Source of the DNA: Amphiscolops sp. MND2022
Taxonomy: Eukaryota
DNA: 60,000 nt
NCBI GenBank assembly: GCA_964187785.1
Contig: OZ076409.1
Location: 29,204,001-29,264,000, forward strand
Direction of reading: 5' to 3'
Below, one piece after another: positions 39,241-53,244 of this stretch. The stretch's first letter is position 1; every line of letters begins with the position of its first letter. The notes under the pieces were generated by a model. The model made no database searches. It had not been told where the DNA came from and saw only the letters and a program-made list of their open reading frames with translations. The translations under genes and the position numbers were made by a program.

Positions 39241-40480
39241 CTTTTTTTGCAATAAGAGTGTCGCGGAAAATATCCCGGTAATTAGCGGGTGTCTTGTTAA
39301 AAATGTCCTGTTTTGCGCGCGTCCCATTTTACGTCTTATAAACACGGAATTCATTATATTCCCGTACTGAATCCCATCGCAGTTCATCGATGGCCATCGC
39401 AGTCCCATTGGGCCCATCGATGACCATCGATGAAAATCAAAAGTTTTTGATCACAAAAACTCGTTCGAACCGGCCATGTTTAAAATTTCGGAGGATTCTA
39501 TAGATTCAACCAAAACTGCAATTTTTCACGTCCATTAGACCTGTAAACTGCAGTTTTGGTTGAAAACAGTTTGAATACTCAAATCCTTTGATCGGGCACC
39601 GTTGTACCTGAAGATTTTCCGTTTCCGATACAATTTCGCCCTAAAATTGACGGATCTCAAAACTGAATTGAAATTTTTGGCAAAACTGCATTGTGTAGCC
39701 GAAAGTTTTTCGGACGTCACCACTGCTACTAGCTGAGCAACAACCAATCGAAAAGAACCAATGTCAAAACAAACAATTGAGTGATTTTCAGGCGCGATAA
39801 AGCTTACACAGTGTGAAAATTATTGGAACTCTTGATAACAATCATGAATTTTCGTGAAAACCTTGGTAAGAATCTTGGCAAGAGTCCTATCAAGATCACC
39901 AAGAATATGTACGATCTTGCAAGATCTGCCAAAAATACAAGATAAAAACTGACAAAAGTGAATGAAAACAAACAAAAACCGACGCCAACAGCGCTTGATC
40001 AGGGTACCTATTATACCGCAGCAGTTCACGCTACCAACCAAGCAATCACGTCCTGAATTAAATTACTTTGTGTTGTCAAATAAGCAATGCTTCAAAGAAT
40101 GATAGTATAGCTGGTAGTGCGACAATTGCAAAGTATTTGTAAACGAAATTGTTGTTTGTTTTGCAATTTATTCCTTTTCTTGACACTCTTGATAAGATTC
40201 TCGGCAAAATTCAAATCAAGCAATTCAAGAAGTTTGTGTGAAGCAAGAATAAACAAGGTCTTATCAAGGCTTTCAAGAGTAAACGGGTATACGTAAGAAT
40301 AAGCAAGATCTTGGCAATAGTTTGAAGAGTTTCAAGTTGTTTTGCATTGAGTAGATAGGCTGAAAAAGAAATGTCAGTTGGTTGAAATTAGATATTTGCA
40401 TCTCTAGAAGGCTCCCAAGGTGCCACAATGCGTTGGGCCATAATTGAAATCTAATCAATGGCCCATCGATGGGCTGCGAT

Positions 40481-41558
40481 CAGGGATTGGAAAAAAACTG
40501 CATTATTATGGTAGCTACTGAATCATTTATTGTTATTGAAAAAGTGGAGACAATCATTTATTGCATTTATTGTAAATGAATTTTACATTAATGTCTGCAT
40601 GGTGTTTACATTCCAATAACTTTTATTGATATGCAAAAAGAGATGAGTTTCAAGATGCTCTGCAGAATGGCAAATCTGTTTGGACCCATGAACTACTTGG
40701 CCGTTGAAAAAAATTGTTCTATATGATTCGAACTTGTGAACAGGGGCTTTCAAAAATTAATTGCTAAACAATTAATTGCCATTAATTGGTTTTTATAATC
40801 AATTGGCACCCGTCCAACTAAATCAATTAATATTGCAGAGCAAACAATTAATTGCAATTAATTGCAATTAATTGGCATACTATCGTATTCACCATTTCTC
40901 AGAAATATGTTTCGCATTCACTTGTAGTTGGTCATTGGCATTTCTCAGAAATCCATTAACTGTCTCATTGGCATTTCTCAGAAAATATTGTTCTATGTGA
41001 CGCTAGGGTCCTCTTTGAAGAAGTCTTGAAATTGTACAAAGAAGAGGAATTTCGAGAATATTTGTCAACGGAGAGCAGTATTGTCCACATGCCTGTTTTT
41101 GAGAGTGCTGTTATCAAACTGCCCAAACATGATGAAGAATCGTTAACCTCGGAAGAAAAAACAGCTGTAGAAAGTTTGTTAATTCGTGTGAATGCAGATC
41201 CTGACGAATTGGGTACATTTTGATGTGTTAACAACTGGAAACATTTAATTGCAATTAATTGCAATTTTAATTGTTCTACTGCCAATTAATTGTAAATTGA
41301 TTGCTCCGGTGCCAATCAATTGCAATTTAATTGTTTTGTCTCCAATTAATTTTTGAAAGCACCTGCTTGTGAATACATGGGAATACAAACATCATCTTTT
41401 TATCACAAACAAACTTGAATTTCATTGGTTGAATTAAATTGGTTAGGTTATTGGTATTCCAGCATTCAATAATTGTTTTTGCTTTTGCAAACCATTCATT
41501 TTTTGCACTTATTATATTGTCATTAATTGTTCACGCCTTTAATATTTTCCAATCCCTT
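40481..41558. mobile_element. hAT-type non-autonomous element
   Basis: TIR CAGGGATTGGAAAA / TTTTCCAATCCCTT, 8-bp TSD GCTGCGAT. Confidence 0.85.
40741..41365 (+). mobile_element. Nested hAT deletion derivative with a transposase remnant
   Basis: 23-bp TIR CAGG(G/T)GCTTTCAAAAATTAATTG, 8-bp TSD CTTGTGAA; fragment YLSTESSIVHMPVFESAVIKL. Confidence 0.9.
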
Positions 41559-41799
41559 GCTGCGATGGGCCGATCGACGGGATTGAATGGAATCAGTGCG
41601 AATTTGCTTTTCACCATCAATTTCAAACTTAAACATCGAACTTTATATTGAATATTTACCATAATGAGACTTTTTCTAAAATTCTTTCCTATCGGATATA
41701 TCAAATGTTAATTGAATTTCGTTTGTTGTATCAGATCAATCTGAAGAAGTGTAAACAGTAACATCTCAGAATAAATACAAAACTTTGTAATGTTGAAAG

Positions 41800-42301
41800 C
41801 AGACCCCTTCAAAAATTAACTGCCCCCAAAATTAATTGCAATTGATTGGCGAAATAATTGATTGTTGGTACTTCACTAATTGCATTAATTGATTGTTGGC
41901 AAGCTCAATTAATTGCAATTAGTTGCCAATTAATTGGTCTAAGGACATGAGCAGGAAAAATAGATGTCAATATACATGCACATAGAGCACATTGTACAAT
42001 TTCATAATTTAGTTTTTCTACCACTATCACTTCTATCAACCCATTGTCGCAAAAAGTATCCCCTCGCGACCCGTTTGGTCACATTGGCAAGGCCTTACGC
42101 CAATGAACTTGGAAATGCAATTATTTCTGAAGATCAACAAAAAGTGTTGGGACGCTGAAACTGTGACTGAACTGTGCTAATTGTAAACAATTAACAAAAT
42201 TAATTGCAATAATTGATTTATGCTCTTTTGCAATTACAATTAATTGATTGTTTTCAAATAATTGATTTTCTGACCAAGCAATTAATTTTTGAAGGGGTCT
42301 G
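41800..42301 (+). mobile_element. hAT deletion derivative with a C-terminal transposase remnant
   Basis: TIR CAGACCCCTTCAAAAATTAA, TSD GTTGAAAG/GTTGGAAG; fragment LTPMNLEMQLFLKINKKCWD. Confidence 0.85.
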
Positions 42302-43224
42302 GTTGGAAGTTCTATTAGATGCAATTACTGCTAACAATTAATTGATTGGAAACTATTTCCAATTCCAATTGATTGCTGAAAGCGTGTACAGACAGCGCCC
42401 CAAAGAAATACGCCTGTCAAATGTGCCGACAATACACAGTCAAAAGCGCGCCAGTTATTAGCGCCCCAATACAAAATGCCTCGCTATTTTTCGAGCAGAT
42501 TTCCCCCGCATCTATTTAAATCTATTTAAAGGTATTCTTTGAAAAGAAAAATTACTGGTTTGACATTTCCCTTATATCAAGTTATATCTGAAAATCTGTT
42601 AATTTTGGTGCTTCTGGGTAAACAATTCTTTTCTTTATGAATCAGTTTGTCAATGCATCGTCTTGAAATGAAAAGATGATGGTTATTTATAATGAGAGAG
42701 TGAGGCACCTTAAAAGAGTCAGCAAACCGCCAGTGGCCTTTGATTGGGCGCTTCTGACTCTGTATTTTGGGAGCTTTTGGTTCGGGTGTTTTTGTCTGGT
42801 GACAGTTGGAACGACTGCAATCATTGCAATTCAACTGCAATGAGGGTGCCTTCGAATTTGTTGTCATTCGTCATTTATATGAGAGACAATTCCATTTTCA
42901 AATATGACTTTGTTTTGGCACTCAACCGCAAAAACCCTTGACCACCAGTGCAACACCTGTGAGGTGGAGGCAATTTTGGATCATCGGTCAAATATTTCCA
43001 GTAATGGCCACCAGTCAACACAGGATAATTTTTTTTCAAAACAAAGTAAACAATGAATTTATGAAAATTTTTGAACTAGTAACGTTTGACTGGTGTTATT
43101 TTTGAATGCGGAGGTTTACGTTAAATACCTTTGTAACATTCAAGACAAGTTTAGGCACCGCGTGTTCGGAAGCTGTGATTCAGGCAATGCTGGTAAGTAA
43201 CAAGACGAGAACGTCTAAAGTCGG

Positions 43225-44909
43225 TGTCATGCCAGCATGATGGAAATATAATCTACTAAATATCTATAATGTAAATAATATGTCTTATGTACTTAGATAT
43301 GGGCAATATGATGTCATATAATAAGAGCTATGGTTGTGAGCAACCCTACGTTACTTGTACCTAATCCCCTATCCCCCCTTTGAGATTGGAGCTGTTTATT
43401 TATTTAATACTGAGCATTCTAGTTCCGTTTGTCCGCAATTCATGACCGTGCTAATAAGCAAATGATGCTATTTTATATTTGATGGCTTGTCACGAGAAGG
43501 GAAAGTAGTTTCTCGGTCAAACTGGACCGCTAAATGAAAGAAACAGAACTGACACCGTTAGGAAGCTCCTGCCTCAGAGCAAACTAACGTGACAGGTTTA
43601 ATCTCACTCGATAACTGATTGAAGATGCTAAAACGATGAAATCTGTCTCGAATCCCTTATTTCAATACAAAGTTAACAAGTTTCATCTATATTACATCGT
43701 CTAGCCACATAGCACAGCCAGAAATTAGAATCTAGATGTGAAACCGATGGAACTTGTCATTACTTCAATTGGCGCTAACTCCATGACGATGTAAAACCGA
43801 TAAAAATGTTCCATCGTTTGTACATCGCTAATATTTTGTCAGCCCAACGCGAACGTACAGACGATGAAGAAACGATGAAAACCTTTCATCGTTTAGACAT
43901 CGCAGAGGACGTAAATTACTGACGATGATGAACTGATTTAACCTCTCCAATTTATTGAACTACTGTCCCCTGCTCACCTGCCTCATCGTTTTCACATCTA
44001 GTTGATCATACAGAACACCGACTAGACCCCTTTCATCTATATTTTATCTACTACCATACTAACGTGAGCAACTAGTGGAAAACGATGGATAAACGACAAA
44101 ACTTATTGTGTTTTACCATTTAATCATCTCAGTGCTTCCAAATCATCATTTACGCATCTCTATATTTCAGAACTTGGATTATGTCCATTTTAGAGTTATA
44201 TTAGTACACTTACAGTACTTGCCATGACTCAGGAAAGCGCCTGTTGATGTTAGTTCATTATAAATGCATGATAATTGGTTCAAATGGATTTAGCACGCAA
44301 TTCCTAATTGGTAGCCCTCCTGCGACTTGCAGAACAACCGGTCACGTGACCAAGTGCTAATTAGCACCTTACCCAACGTCCGATGAGAATGAAGCGATGG
44401 TAAGAATTGAGTCTTACTATCGACCTGGTGAGGGGGCTAACTTTTAACGCATACACTTCGCTATAGCTACACTGTACAAGTACTTACATTACCTGCTTTT
44501 CATACGTTTTTATTGCTAGACTTTAACAACATCTCTCACAATTCAACTCTTATCCAACATTCCTATTTCTCCTTGCCTATGAGTATTGAATGCTCTAAAG
44601 TACTTAGAAGCGGCAAAGTATTAACTGATCCATCACCACAGTCGTCCATTAAAAATACAAATTACAGTCCTAACTTAAACATGGAATCTTCTAGTAATTC
44701 CGCAGATGAGATAAACCGATCTGGTAGAAATTCACCAACTAACGAAAGTTCTGCTCAAACAACAAATGAAGAAAGATTTAATCATCTGCAAATTGAAATG
44801 TCAATGTTAAAAGCTATGATGGAGAAAATCATAAGCCAGAACGAGGAACGAGACAAACAAAACGGTGGTTCCATCGCGACGTCATCTTACGCCGTAGGGA
44901 CCTCCAACA
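43225..44909 (+). mobile_element. Solo LTR (1,685 bp) with a Gag N-terminal coding segment at its 3' end
   Basis: TGTCATGCC...CCAACA, 5-bp TSD GTCGG; ATG at 44579 opens MSIECSKVLRSGK...EERFNHLQIEMSMLKAMMEKII, running to the LTR end. Confidence 0.9.
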
Positions 44910-45229
44910 GTCGGCGCTATATCTAAGGCTCAAAAAGCGCAAAGTTTTTTTAAAATGCCCAAAACGTATTTATGAAAAGCTCAGAAAACAGTTTCAAGAC
45001 TCCCAATCGGTGCCTTTCAAGCTCGATAAGACTCGGAATCCACTTTTTCCCAAAGTGGGAACAAAAAACGTCGGAGTTTTCTTCCAAAAAATGTCGCATA
45101 GTGCCAAAAATGTAAAAGGGGACCCGTTGGGATTTATTAAAATACATTCAGTTGCAACATATGGAAAACGTGGACGGGGGACCCTTTTGAGACATGAAAA
45201 AAAAATCCGGGAAAAAGTCGCACAGTAGA

Positions 45230-48200
45230 CAAGTTAAGTATAACTGTACTTATACAAACTCAAATAATACAAACTCAAATAGCATCTCTCACTGGTGTTT
45301 CATAGTTTTTCTCCTTCACGACCGGTGAATGTTCACGTTGCTTCAGATCCTCTCCGTTCTTCTTTCTGCTTTCTGTTCTTCCGCCGTTGCGTCTGACTAT
45401 TTCGCAAACTGTCCCGTTCGTCTGTTAGTCATCTTCTCTACGGTTTTTCCTGCAAATGTTAGTACGTTATTGGATTTCCTAATCTAATTATTGGATTAGC
45501 GGTTTTCATACTGGTCTCTTCGAACTTGTACATTAATGTTTTCTGGTTCTACTCTTTTTGTTTTGTTTTATAACAGTTACCATCATTACCGTTGTCGACG
45601 ATGGTTATGTTGTTAGCGTCCTCAAATAAAGTTTCGATCGCTTGTTGCAACTGGTCCTCGTTCATGTTTTCCACATGCATTTTTAAGTTGCCTTCTCCAG
45701 GCGTGTTTGTTTTTGTGTCTTTGGGCTGTTTTGACCTTCCTCTTCCTATTTGTATTGGTGCTGCAAAATCAAAGCTATCATCTAGAGTGTCGATTCGATT
45801 GATGTATTGGGAGTGCTCGGTTCTTGTTCTTCTGTCTCCTCTATTTCTTCTGGTACTTCTTCGGTGTCTTCTTCGATTGGTGGTGATGTCTGTATAGCAA
45901 ACTTTCATCCGGTCCTCTCCTGTTTGCCCCTGTCGAGATAGGGGATTTTGAAATCAATTTGGTAACGGGTTCCTAAATAATTTTCGGTGTATAAACTTGT
46001 TTGTGTCCGTGGTTTTTGTGTTTGTTCCCGCTATGGCTGTTTGTGTTTTTGTTTCGTAATTAACTTCAAACTTGTTTGTGTTTTGTTTATTGGTATGGAA
46101 ATTTGTTACTAACGGCGCATTTCATTATTCGTGGTGCCTTCATTATCAGCTGGTCGTACTCGCCTTCTCCAATGTTGAATGAGTACACTTGGAGGGTTTC
46201 CGGTCGTGCAGAAACAATTTCATTTATATCCGTTGGTAAGTTTAAATAGCTTGTTATTTTCGATCTTGGCTTTCTTCCGTAGTGTCTTTCGAACGGCGTT
46301 TCTTTTATGCTTGAGTGGACCGTCGTGCGCATGACTGGTTAGAGATCGGCTTAGAGCTTCATTTACGGTACATTTATCTTCCAGATTTGTTCTCATTAAG
46401 TCTTTCAGAGTTTTTATGCCTCTTTCGACTAACCCGATTGCTGTATGTATATATGGCGTGCCATAAATTAGTTTTATGTTTAGTTTTTTGCATACTGATC
46501 TAAATTCGTTTCCGGTAGAGGCCATGCCTCTATCCAATCTGATAGTTTGCGGAATACTATTTAGAAGGATTAATTGTTCCAGAAAAGGTTTTATAGTTTT
46601 TCCGATTGGTGCATCGCATATACATACCGCCGGCCACCTGCTGTATCGGTCGATGGAAATTAGTATAAAGAATCGCCGCTGCTTAAATCTTATTGGACCA
46701 ATGAAATCCAATTGCATTTCTTGGTTTGGTTTATTGGCCGATGGTTAACAATTTTGTTTTGACGTTGCATTTTGTGGTTTAATTGACTTACCGGCCATTT
46801 TGCAGGGGATACATTCATCGCATACATTTGATTTGTATCACTTTTGTTAATTTCGGCCACCAAAATGGCTTTGCTGCTGCGGACACTTTGTTAATTGCTG
46901 GATGTCCCTTGTGTAGTAAAGTAATAATCGTTCTTCTCAGCGCCTGGGGAATGATTATCTTGTCGTCGCAGAAGACAACGCCGAACATTGTTAATAATTG
47001 TTTTTTTTGTGTTCTTTGTACTCTTTTGGTATTTGTTCAAATGTTTTTTTCTATGCATATCAGTGTTTTTAAAAAACTTCTCGTCGTTGGTTGTTTCCCA
47101 GATATTGTTTTCAGGTCTGTGGCGAATTTCTGCTCTATTTGGCAGATTCTTTTTTCCAGATCCCATTCGTTGTTGGTTTGTATTTTGCTCGTCAATCCCA
47201 TGTTGATATATCTGACACCGGTTGCTCCCAGATATCGTTTAAAGTTAGTCGCCGGTACCGCGATTGTGTTTTCCGAACCGGATGACATTGTTTCTGCGTC
47301 TTCAAATTCCGGTATTTCTAGGTCGGGCTGTATTGTTTCCGCTTGTTGTCTACTTGTTCCTTGTCCGAGCTCGTTTGGTTTTTGCAGATTTCTTGTTTTG
47401 TCGATCACTCTGTGGAATTCTCTCTTCCGTTCAATCTCTTTTTGTGTTTCTGTATTCACTATTTCTTCCATTCTCTGCCACAGAAGTATATTTTTTCTTT
47501 GCCATAGTTCGATTTCAATTTTCTTTTGGTCCGTTTTTGTGGGTTCTCGGGGGGTTATACCGCTTCTACTGTCCTTGGATATAACGGTAATCTCCCGGTT
47601 TCGTTTTTTCTCTCCATCGGGTTGTCAGTTTCAGTGTTTCTTCAGATGGATCTTATTTTTGAATGATTTCGACAAATTTGAGGTCTATTTCTTTGTTTTG
47701 AATGTGGTTATCTTTGTACTCGTAAATGCGAACTGTATTTTGTTGTGGTAGCAAAGAACTGCGATTTTGCTGTTTGTTATCGCTCGTTTGTAGCTTCAGC
47801 ACGTGTCTTGAATCTGATTGGCAATTTGTTTGGTGTGTGTTCGTTTGGTCCGTTCGCGTTGTGCTTTGTGATGGTGCCGTGGTTGTTTTTGAACCCCAAT
47901 AAGTGGATTAAGCAATTTATTACGTTTTCTTCGTCGTAATTTTCAATTGGTTCCGGATTGGAAATTGGTTTCTACTTAAGTAATTTGGTAAAATTAGGTG
48001 CTTGCCTGCAATGTGCTTTGTTTGAATATCGAAGTGCGCTAGTCTGTCCAACCATCTTTTTAATCTTTTGCTGTATGTTTCATTCGATCTATTTCTTTTA
48101 ATTATGGTTTCTAGCGCTTGATGATAGGTCAATAATTTGACCGGTTTATCATGAATGTATAGTCAAAAATGTTCCAGTCCCCACACTACTCCGAGGAGTT

Positions 48201-50910
48201 CCAGTTCATTTATGGCGTAATACTTTTCCGTATCCGATGAAAATTGGCTTGCGAATCCAATTGGTTTTAAATTTCCGTCCTTCTGTTTCAGCCATAGTGT
48301 AGCTCCCAATCCTTTTGTGCTCGCATCCGTTGTTAGAATGTTCTGTATTTGAGTTGTAATGTGCTAAACATGGTAGTTGCGTTATCAATTTTTGAGATTA
48401 TTAATAGTTTCCGTGTGTTTGTCTGTCCATATCGACTTGTTTTTTTTAAAAAAAAAAAATTTCTTAGTAAATCTGTTTGTGCTGACAGGTTTACGATATA
48501 CTTTGACTGTTATTGTATTGCTCCCAGGAAGGTCTTTATATCTTTTTCGTTTTTCGGTATTTCTATTTTTGTTATCGATTCCAGTTTGTCTTGTGGAGGT
48601 CGTATTCCGTTTTGGTCTATTTTGTGTCCGATCCATTCTGCTTCTGTTTTGAAAAACTCGCATTTTTTCGCGTTCAGCCTGTATCCTGCTTCTTCTAGTT
48701 TCTTCATCGTTTCTTTTACCTCCGTTTCATGTTTCTCTACACTTCCTTTGGCAACAATTATTATATCGTCCAGCCAAGCGGGATGTTTGAATTCAAGTGT
48801 TTTGTCTATCCGTTCCTGAAAGATGGTTGGTATGTCTTCCAGTCCGTAAAATCCTTTTAGGAAACGGTAGTATCCGGTGAATTCCCCGCCTGTGATTGTG
48901 ATTATGCACAAATTTTTTGTTTGTTTGTCCAACTTTAGTTGTCCGTAGGCGTAATCGAAGTCCAATTTTGGTTATCATTATTTTGCCTTCCGTTTCTTTT
49001 GTCTTTTGATATTTTCTGTGTTATTCTTGATATCAGTTCTTCCTTGTTCGGCATTTGTGCCTTTCTTTTGAATGTTGCCTCGTTTAGTTTTCTTGAGTCC
49101 AATGCAATTTTTATTGATTTATTCTTCTTTACCGTTATTACCTTATCCTACGAAGCAGTCTTCTGTGATCTCCGTTGCTCTTCATCAATCTTTTCAGTTC
49201 TTCGGCGACCTGGTCTTGTAGGTGGATTGGGATTGGTCATCTTTTTTGTTGTACTATGTTCGCGTTTTCTTTTAAGTTGAGCTTGACTACCATGTCTTTA
49301 TTTCCGTGTTGTTATAGAACAAGTCTTTGAATTCATTTTTCAACTTTAGGATTTTCTTTTCGTCTTTTTGTTCTCGTCAATTCTTGTGTTATGTATTTTG
49401 ATAGCTTCGGTGCTTGAGTTGGTTGTTATTTTTAGCCGTTTCATCCACTATAGTCCCATTAGCGGTGTTATATTTGCTTTTGTAATTAGTAGTGGTAGTT
49501 GTAATGATGTTGTGTTTGTTTTCACCGTTACGTTAGTTTGTCCAAAAGTTTCAATCTTGTTATTGTTGACATCTTTGTAATCGGTGTTCTTTTTCTCCAC
49601 TTTTGTTGTTTTGTTAAATAGGCGTTGAGGTATTAGTGTCACTGGAGAGCCACTGTCAATGATAAATTTTATTGGTGCGTTATTAACCAATAAAGTTACG
49701 TAGATGTAGTCGCCTTTCTTTTTGTTGTTGTTTATCTTTTGGATTTTGTCGTAATCCCAGATATCTTCTTCTGCTGATGATGCTATTCTATCCACATGTT
49801 GTATTCTTTTGAGAATACGATACATCTTTTCGTAGTGGCCTCTCTTCTTGCAGTTTTTACACTCCACGGATTTTGCGGAGCATATATGCTGTCTGGTCCC
49901 GTTCGGTGCGCCGCAATGTCTACAACAGTTGTTTTTGTATCTTTCTTTGTTGTAGTCCGGCCTTCTTTTGTTTCTTTCATAACTGAATTTTTCTAGCTAT
50001 TTTCTCTTCTGTAGCCGTTCTTGAACATGTTTGACGTCTCTTCCATCGTTTGAGTTATTTGAATCGCTTAGCCCATCATACATGTATTCGTGTATTAAGT
50101 CCGTTATTGTCTCAATTGTCATGTCGCTCTTGCGGATCGTTTTCTTTAGTTCGTAATCCCCCGTAGATCTTCCAATGAGGGATAAAAACTTTGATGCGAG
50201 TAGTTCAGCCGGAGTTACTTCATCGAACTCGCAGTTTTTCTCCGTTTGTAGAATCCTTGACCAGACGTCCCCCGCTGTTTGGTTCGGTTCCCTTGTTATA
50301 CCAAAGAAGCCAGCCCCTCTATGGAATTTATTTCTCTCGGGTATAAAATGTAGTCTGAATACGTCATACAATTGGTTGATATTCATCTTGTTCGGGTCGT
50401 TTTCTCATACTGTTTTTGTCCTTTCGGTTACTGCAGCTTCACCCAATGCCCAAATGAATATGTCTTTGATCTTTATTTCCAGTTCTTCTCGAAATTCAGG
50501 TAAAATGTCTTCATCGGTTGTCATGTTGTTCAGGTCTATATCTTGGGTCATTTTGACATATTGTATAACCTCCACCATAGCTTCGCCTCTTGAATGGTCT
50601 TCTTTTCGAAAATCGGTAATGTGATTTTTGATGGGGTTTGTTCTTCCTTTTCCTTCGGATTCTTCGCTAGTAAAAGTTGGTCCTGTCGCCTCGTTCGTGG
50701 ACATTTTTGAACTATTTGAAGTCATTCTGACTGCGCCACGTTGTAATCTCAATGATAATAGAAAAATAAGAGAGGGTAATACTGTATTCGGACGTTTCTC
50801 ATTGGTATACTAATAGAGTTTGTTCGTGTAGCTAACATTGTTGTGGCTGGTACTTTATTAAGATTACATAATGTTATGTAATTTAGTCTGACCTCTAGAC
50901 TCACTCCACA
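45230..50910 (-). mobile_element. Degenerate, 3'-truncated Ty3/Gypsy element
   Basis: LTR 50910-50739, PBS TGGCGCAGTC at 50738-50729, gag with knuckle CKNCKKRGHY, protease IDSGS, RT WLDD, RNase H, integrase QLDFIGP; no 3' LTR seen. Confidence 0.88.
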
Positions 50911-51279
50911 GGACCCTTTGCACTAAGTTTGCATTAGCTGGACTTGGCCTTAGTAGTTTCAGGAGTTTGTCTAAAAAGTGGACCGATCAGTGTGAGGTCT
51001 GTGGTCTGAAGAAGAAGGTCACAGTTAGAGTCGGTCATTTTTCTTTAAAAGCGTTGACAAAACATCAAAATATAAGGGCTGATATGGCAGATGTACAATG
51101 CTGGATTGTCAATAATAATATCACAGGTTTGCATCACAATTATTGTTTATATTTCGCATGAAACTTTCAATGTTTCCACCTGTTGGCCACCCGTTGACCA
51201 CCGAATACCACAAAAGCTGCAGATGTGACCTAACCTAACTAGTGGTCCACCGGTGGACTGTGCTTGGTCGCCAGCCGCG

Positions 51280-51420
51280 TTCAGATTCCTCCTGACATCA
51301 AACATCATGAAGCGCTTTTTCAGCAATGCCGGTTCTGCTTCAAACAATTTACTCTAAAGATTGAGCCCGAATAGTTTGAAAATCATCTTTTTGGAAGGTA
51401 ATCCAAAGTTTCGGAATCAA
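51280..51420 (+). pseudogene. hAT transposase C-terminal dimerisation-domain remnant
   Basis: LTSNIMKRFFSNAG...RLSPNSLKIIFL resembles the TS..ERxFS.AG...R.RL motif. Confidence 0.6.
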
Positions 51421-52590
51421 TTTACTGGGAATTCCATACTAAATTGACATTTTTAACAACAATTTATTGTGAACGTTTGCAAATAATTGCAGGGTCCAAT
51501 ATTGCTATAATTTTTTACACCCCTGTTTTGACGCGCATAAAAGTTCAAGCGTTTGTCTTAAACTCGAAGCACGGCTCAGAAAAAAACCGTTTAGTTTCGT
51601 TCAGTCGTTGCTCGAGGAATTTTTTATATCGTACACAGAATGAGTTATAACTTTTCAGTATAATTGTTTCCGCATAATTTAATGCAATAAGTTTGAGCTT
51701 TGACGACAATTTTGGTTTTCTCTCGCACATGCAAAGAAAAGCACCCCAACTGTTCTTTCGAAACTTTCCCTTGATTGTATGGCCTTCAACAGCAAGAATC
51801 TTTGAATTCGTCATTCTGTATCACTGCTGACACCCCTTACTCTAACTGCGTTGTCTGTTCTAATTCGAACAATTATTGCTCCCATGAGGTGCCGTTTTTT
51901 CTCATCTGTTCACTGGCCATGGAGAATTCCACAGTTGTAATGGGCGTCTTGTTGATCCTGATGACACAAATATTGAGACATGATAAGCAAAAGCAAATAA
52001 TTATGCGTATTTAATTTTCGTACTGACATTCTAGCGTCTTAGCTCCTTAACACCTCAAAGTTTACAACTCCATTCATAGTCTTGTTCTTAGCAGTCATCA
52101 AAAACGCACTTGAAACTTGTGAAAAATTCAAATTGTCAACTCTCTTGCTCCAGTCATCAAAGAAGCTGAACGTAGATAAGTCTTCAAAACACTGGCATTT
52201 GTTAATTTTTACCAATTTTTGGGGTTAGATTTTTGTCAACACGGGTTAGAACATCATGATCTGAAATCAATATAGATATGCTAAACGAACTCTTGACACT
52301 TTAGAAGTTTAGGTGTTTTTGCTTTAAGAAACTATGCATGGACCGAAGCAACAAAATGGTCATGCATTGAAAACCACTGCAAGTCAACGCAGTGGTAGAC
52401 TACATTTGGCCGACTTTGGATACAAATGCTACCAGCAGGAAACCTAATTTTAGGCGTTATTTTTGCTGGTTAGGCGCCTCAGAATGAAAGAGAATGGCGG
52501 AAATGCATGAGAATGGCTCGGAAAAGTATTTAACAAATGCGTTTTAAACGTTTCCGAAACGTGAATTTAGTCTGATGTTGGATACAATTT

Positions 52591-53244
52591 TTTAGTCGGC
52601 GCTTTTCGTAGAAAACGCAGACTATAGCAGTGACTTTTCTTTTTTTCAAGACCAACGAAGTTCGAGTCTCATCCTTGACCAAATTTTTTCGTGCATGTAA
52701 TTTCGGCTTTGTGAGACTTTTTTTCCGCAAATTTTTTTAAATGTCTCCAAAGCGTCCTTGATTTTTTGCAACAGAATGGACGTTCAAAAATCCCAAAGGG
52801 TCCCCCTTTCACATTTTTCGGGGGGAGACTTACCGGAGACTTCAAAAAAAATCGGTAAAATTGTTTCTCATTTTTTTTCATTATTTCGACATAGTGTGAC
52901 TTTTTTGAGACAAAAAAAATTCCGCAAAGGTTCCGCCTTCATTTTTTCTGGAGTTTTGCGGCAGAATGGATGTTGAAAAATGCCAAAAGGTCCCCCTTTC
53001 AGTTTTTTTCGGAATTGTTAGACATTTTTTCAATTTTTTCACCAAGGGGTTCCTCCTTCAATTTTTTTGATAATTTGCGATTGAAGGGATGAAAAATGAC
53101 AAAGCGTTCCCCTGGCGCGCCAATCCGGTCCAACTTTTTTTTGGTTTTGTGGTGCTTTAGAAGAGAATACTTTGACACTTTGAAGTCCTTGTGCTATTTT
53201 TGAGCCTTAGATATGGCGCCGACTTGGGCCGTTCCCGACTTGTT
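52591..53244 (+). mobile_element. Helentron/DINE-1-like non-autonomous element
   Basis: 5' subterminal AGTCGGCGC with a local inverted copy, 3' GCGCCGACT plus short hairpin and TTGTT, T-rich flanks. Confidence 0.65.

Larger units (their letters stand above)
39361..41581. mobile_element. CCATCGATGG-family element hosting nested insertions
   Basis: Starts CCCGTACTGA like the reverse end of 34622-35210; its right end is split by 40481-41558; no clean TSD. Confidence 0.5.
43199..51062 (-). mobile_element. Helentron/DINE-1-like non-autonomous element split by two LTR insertions
   Basis: Pieces 43199-43224, 44915-~45228 and 50911-51062 match the reverse complement of the elements at 52591-53244 and 53623-54130. 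Confidence 0.65.

Noticed and set aside
46783..47751. 322-aa hydrophobic plus-strand ORF
   Set aside because: Shadow of the A-rich minus-strand pol; low-information F/V/L/C composition
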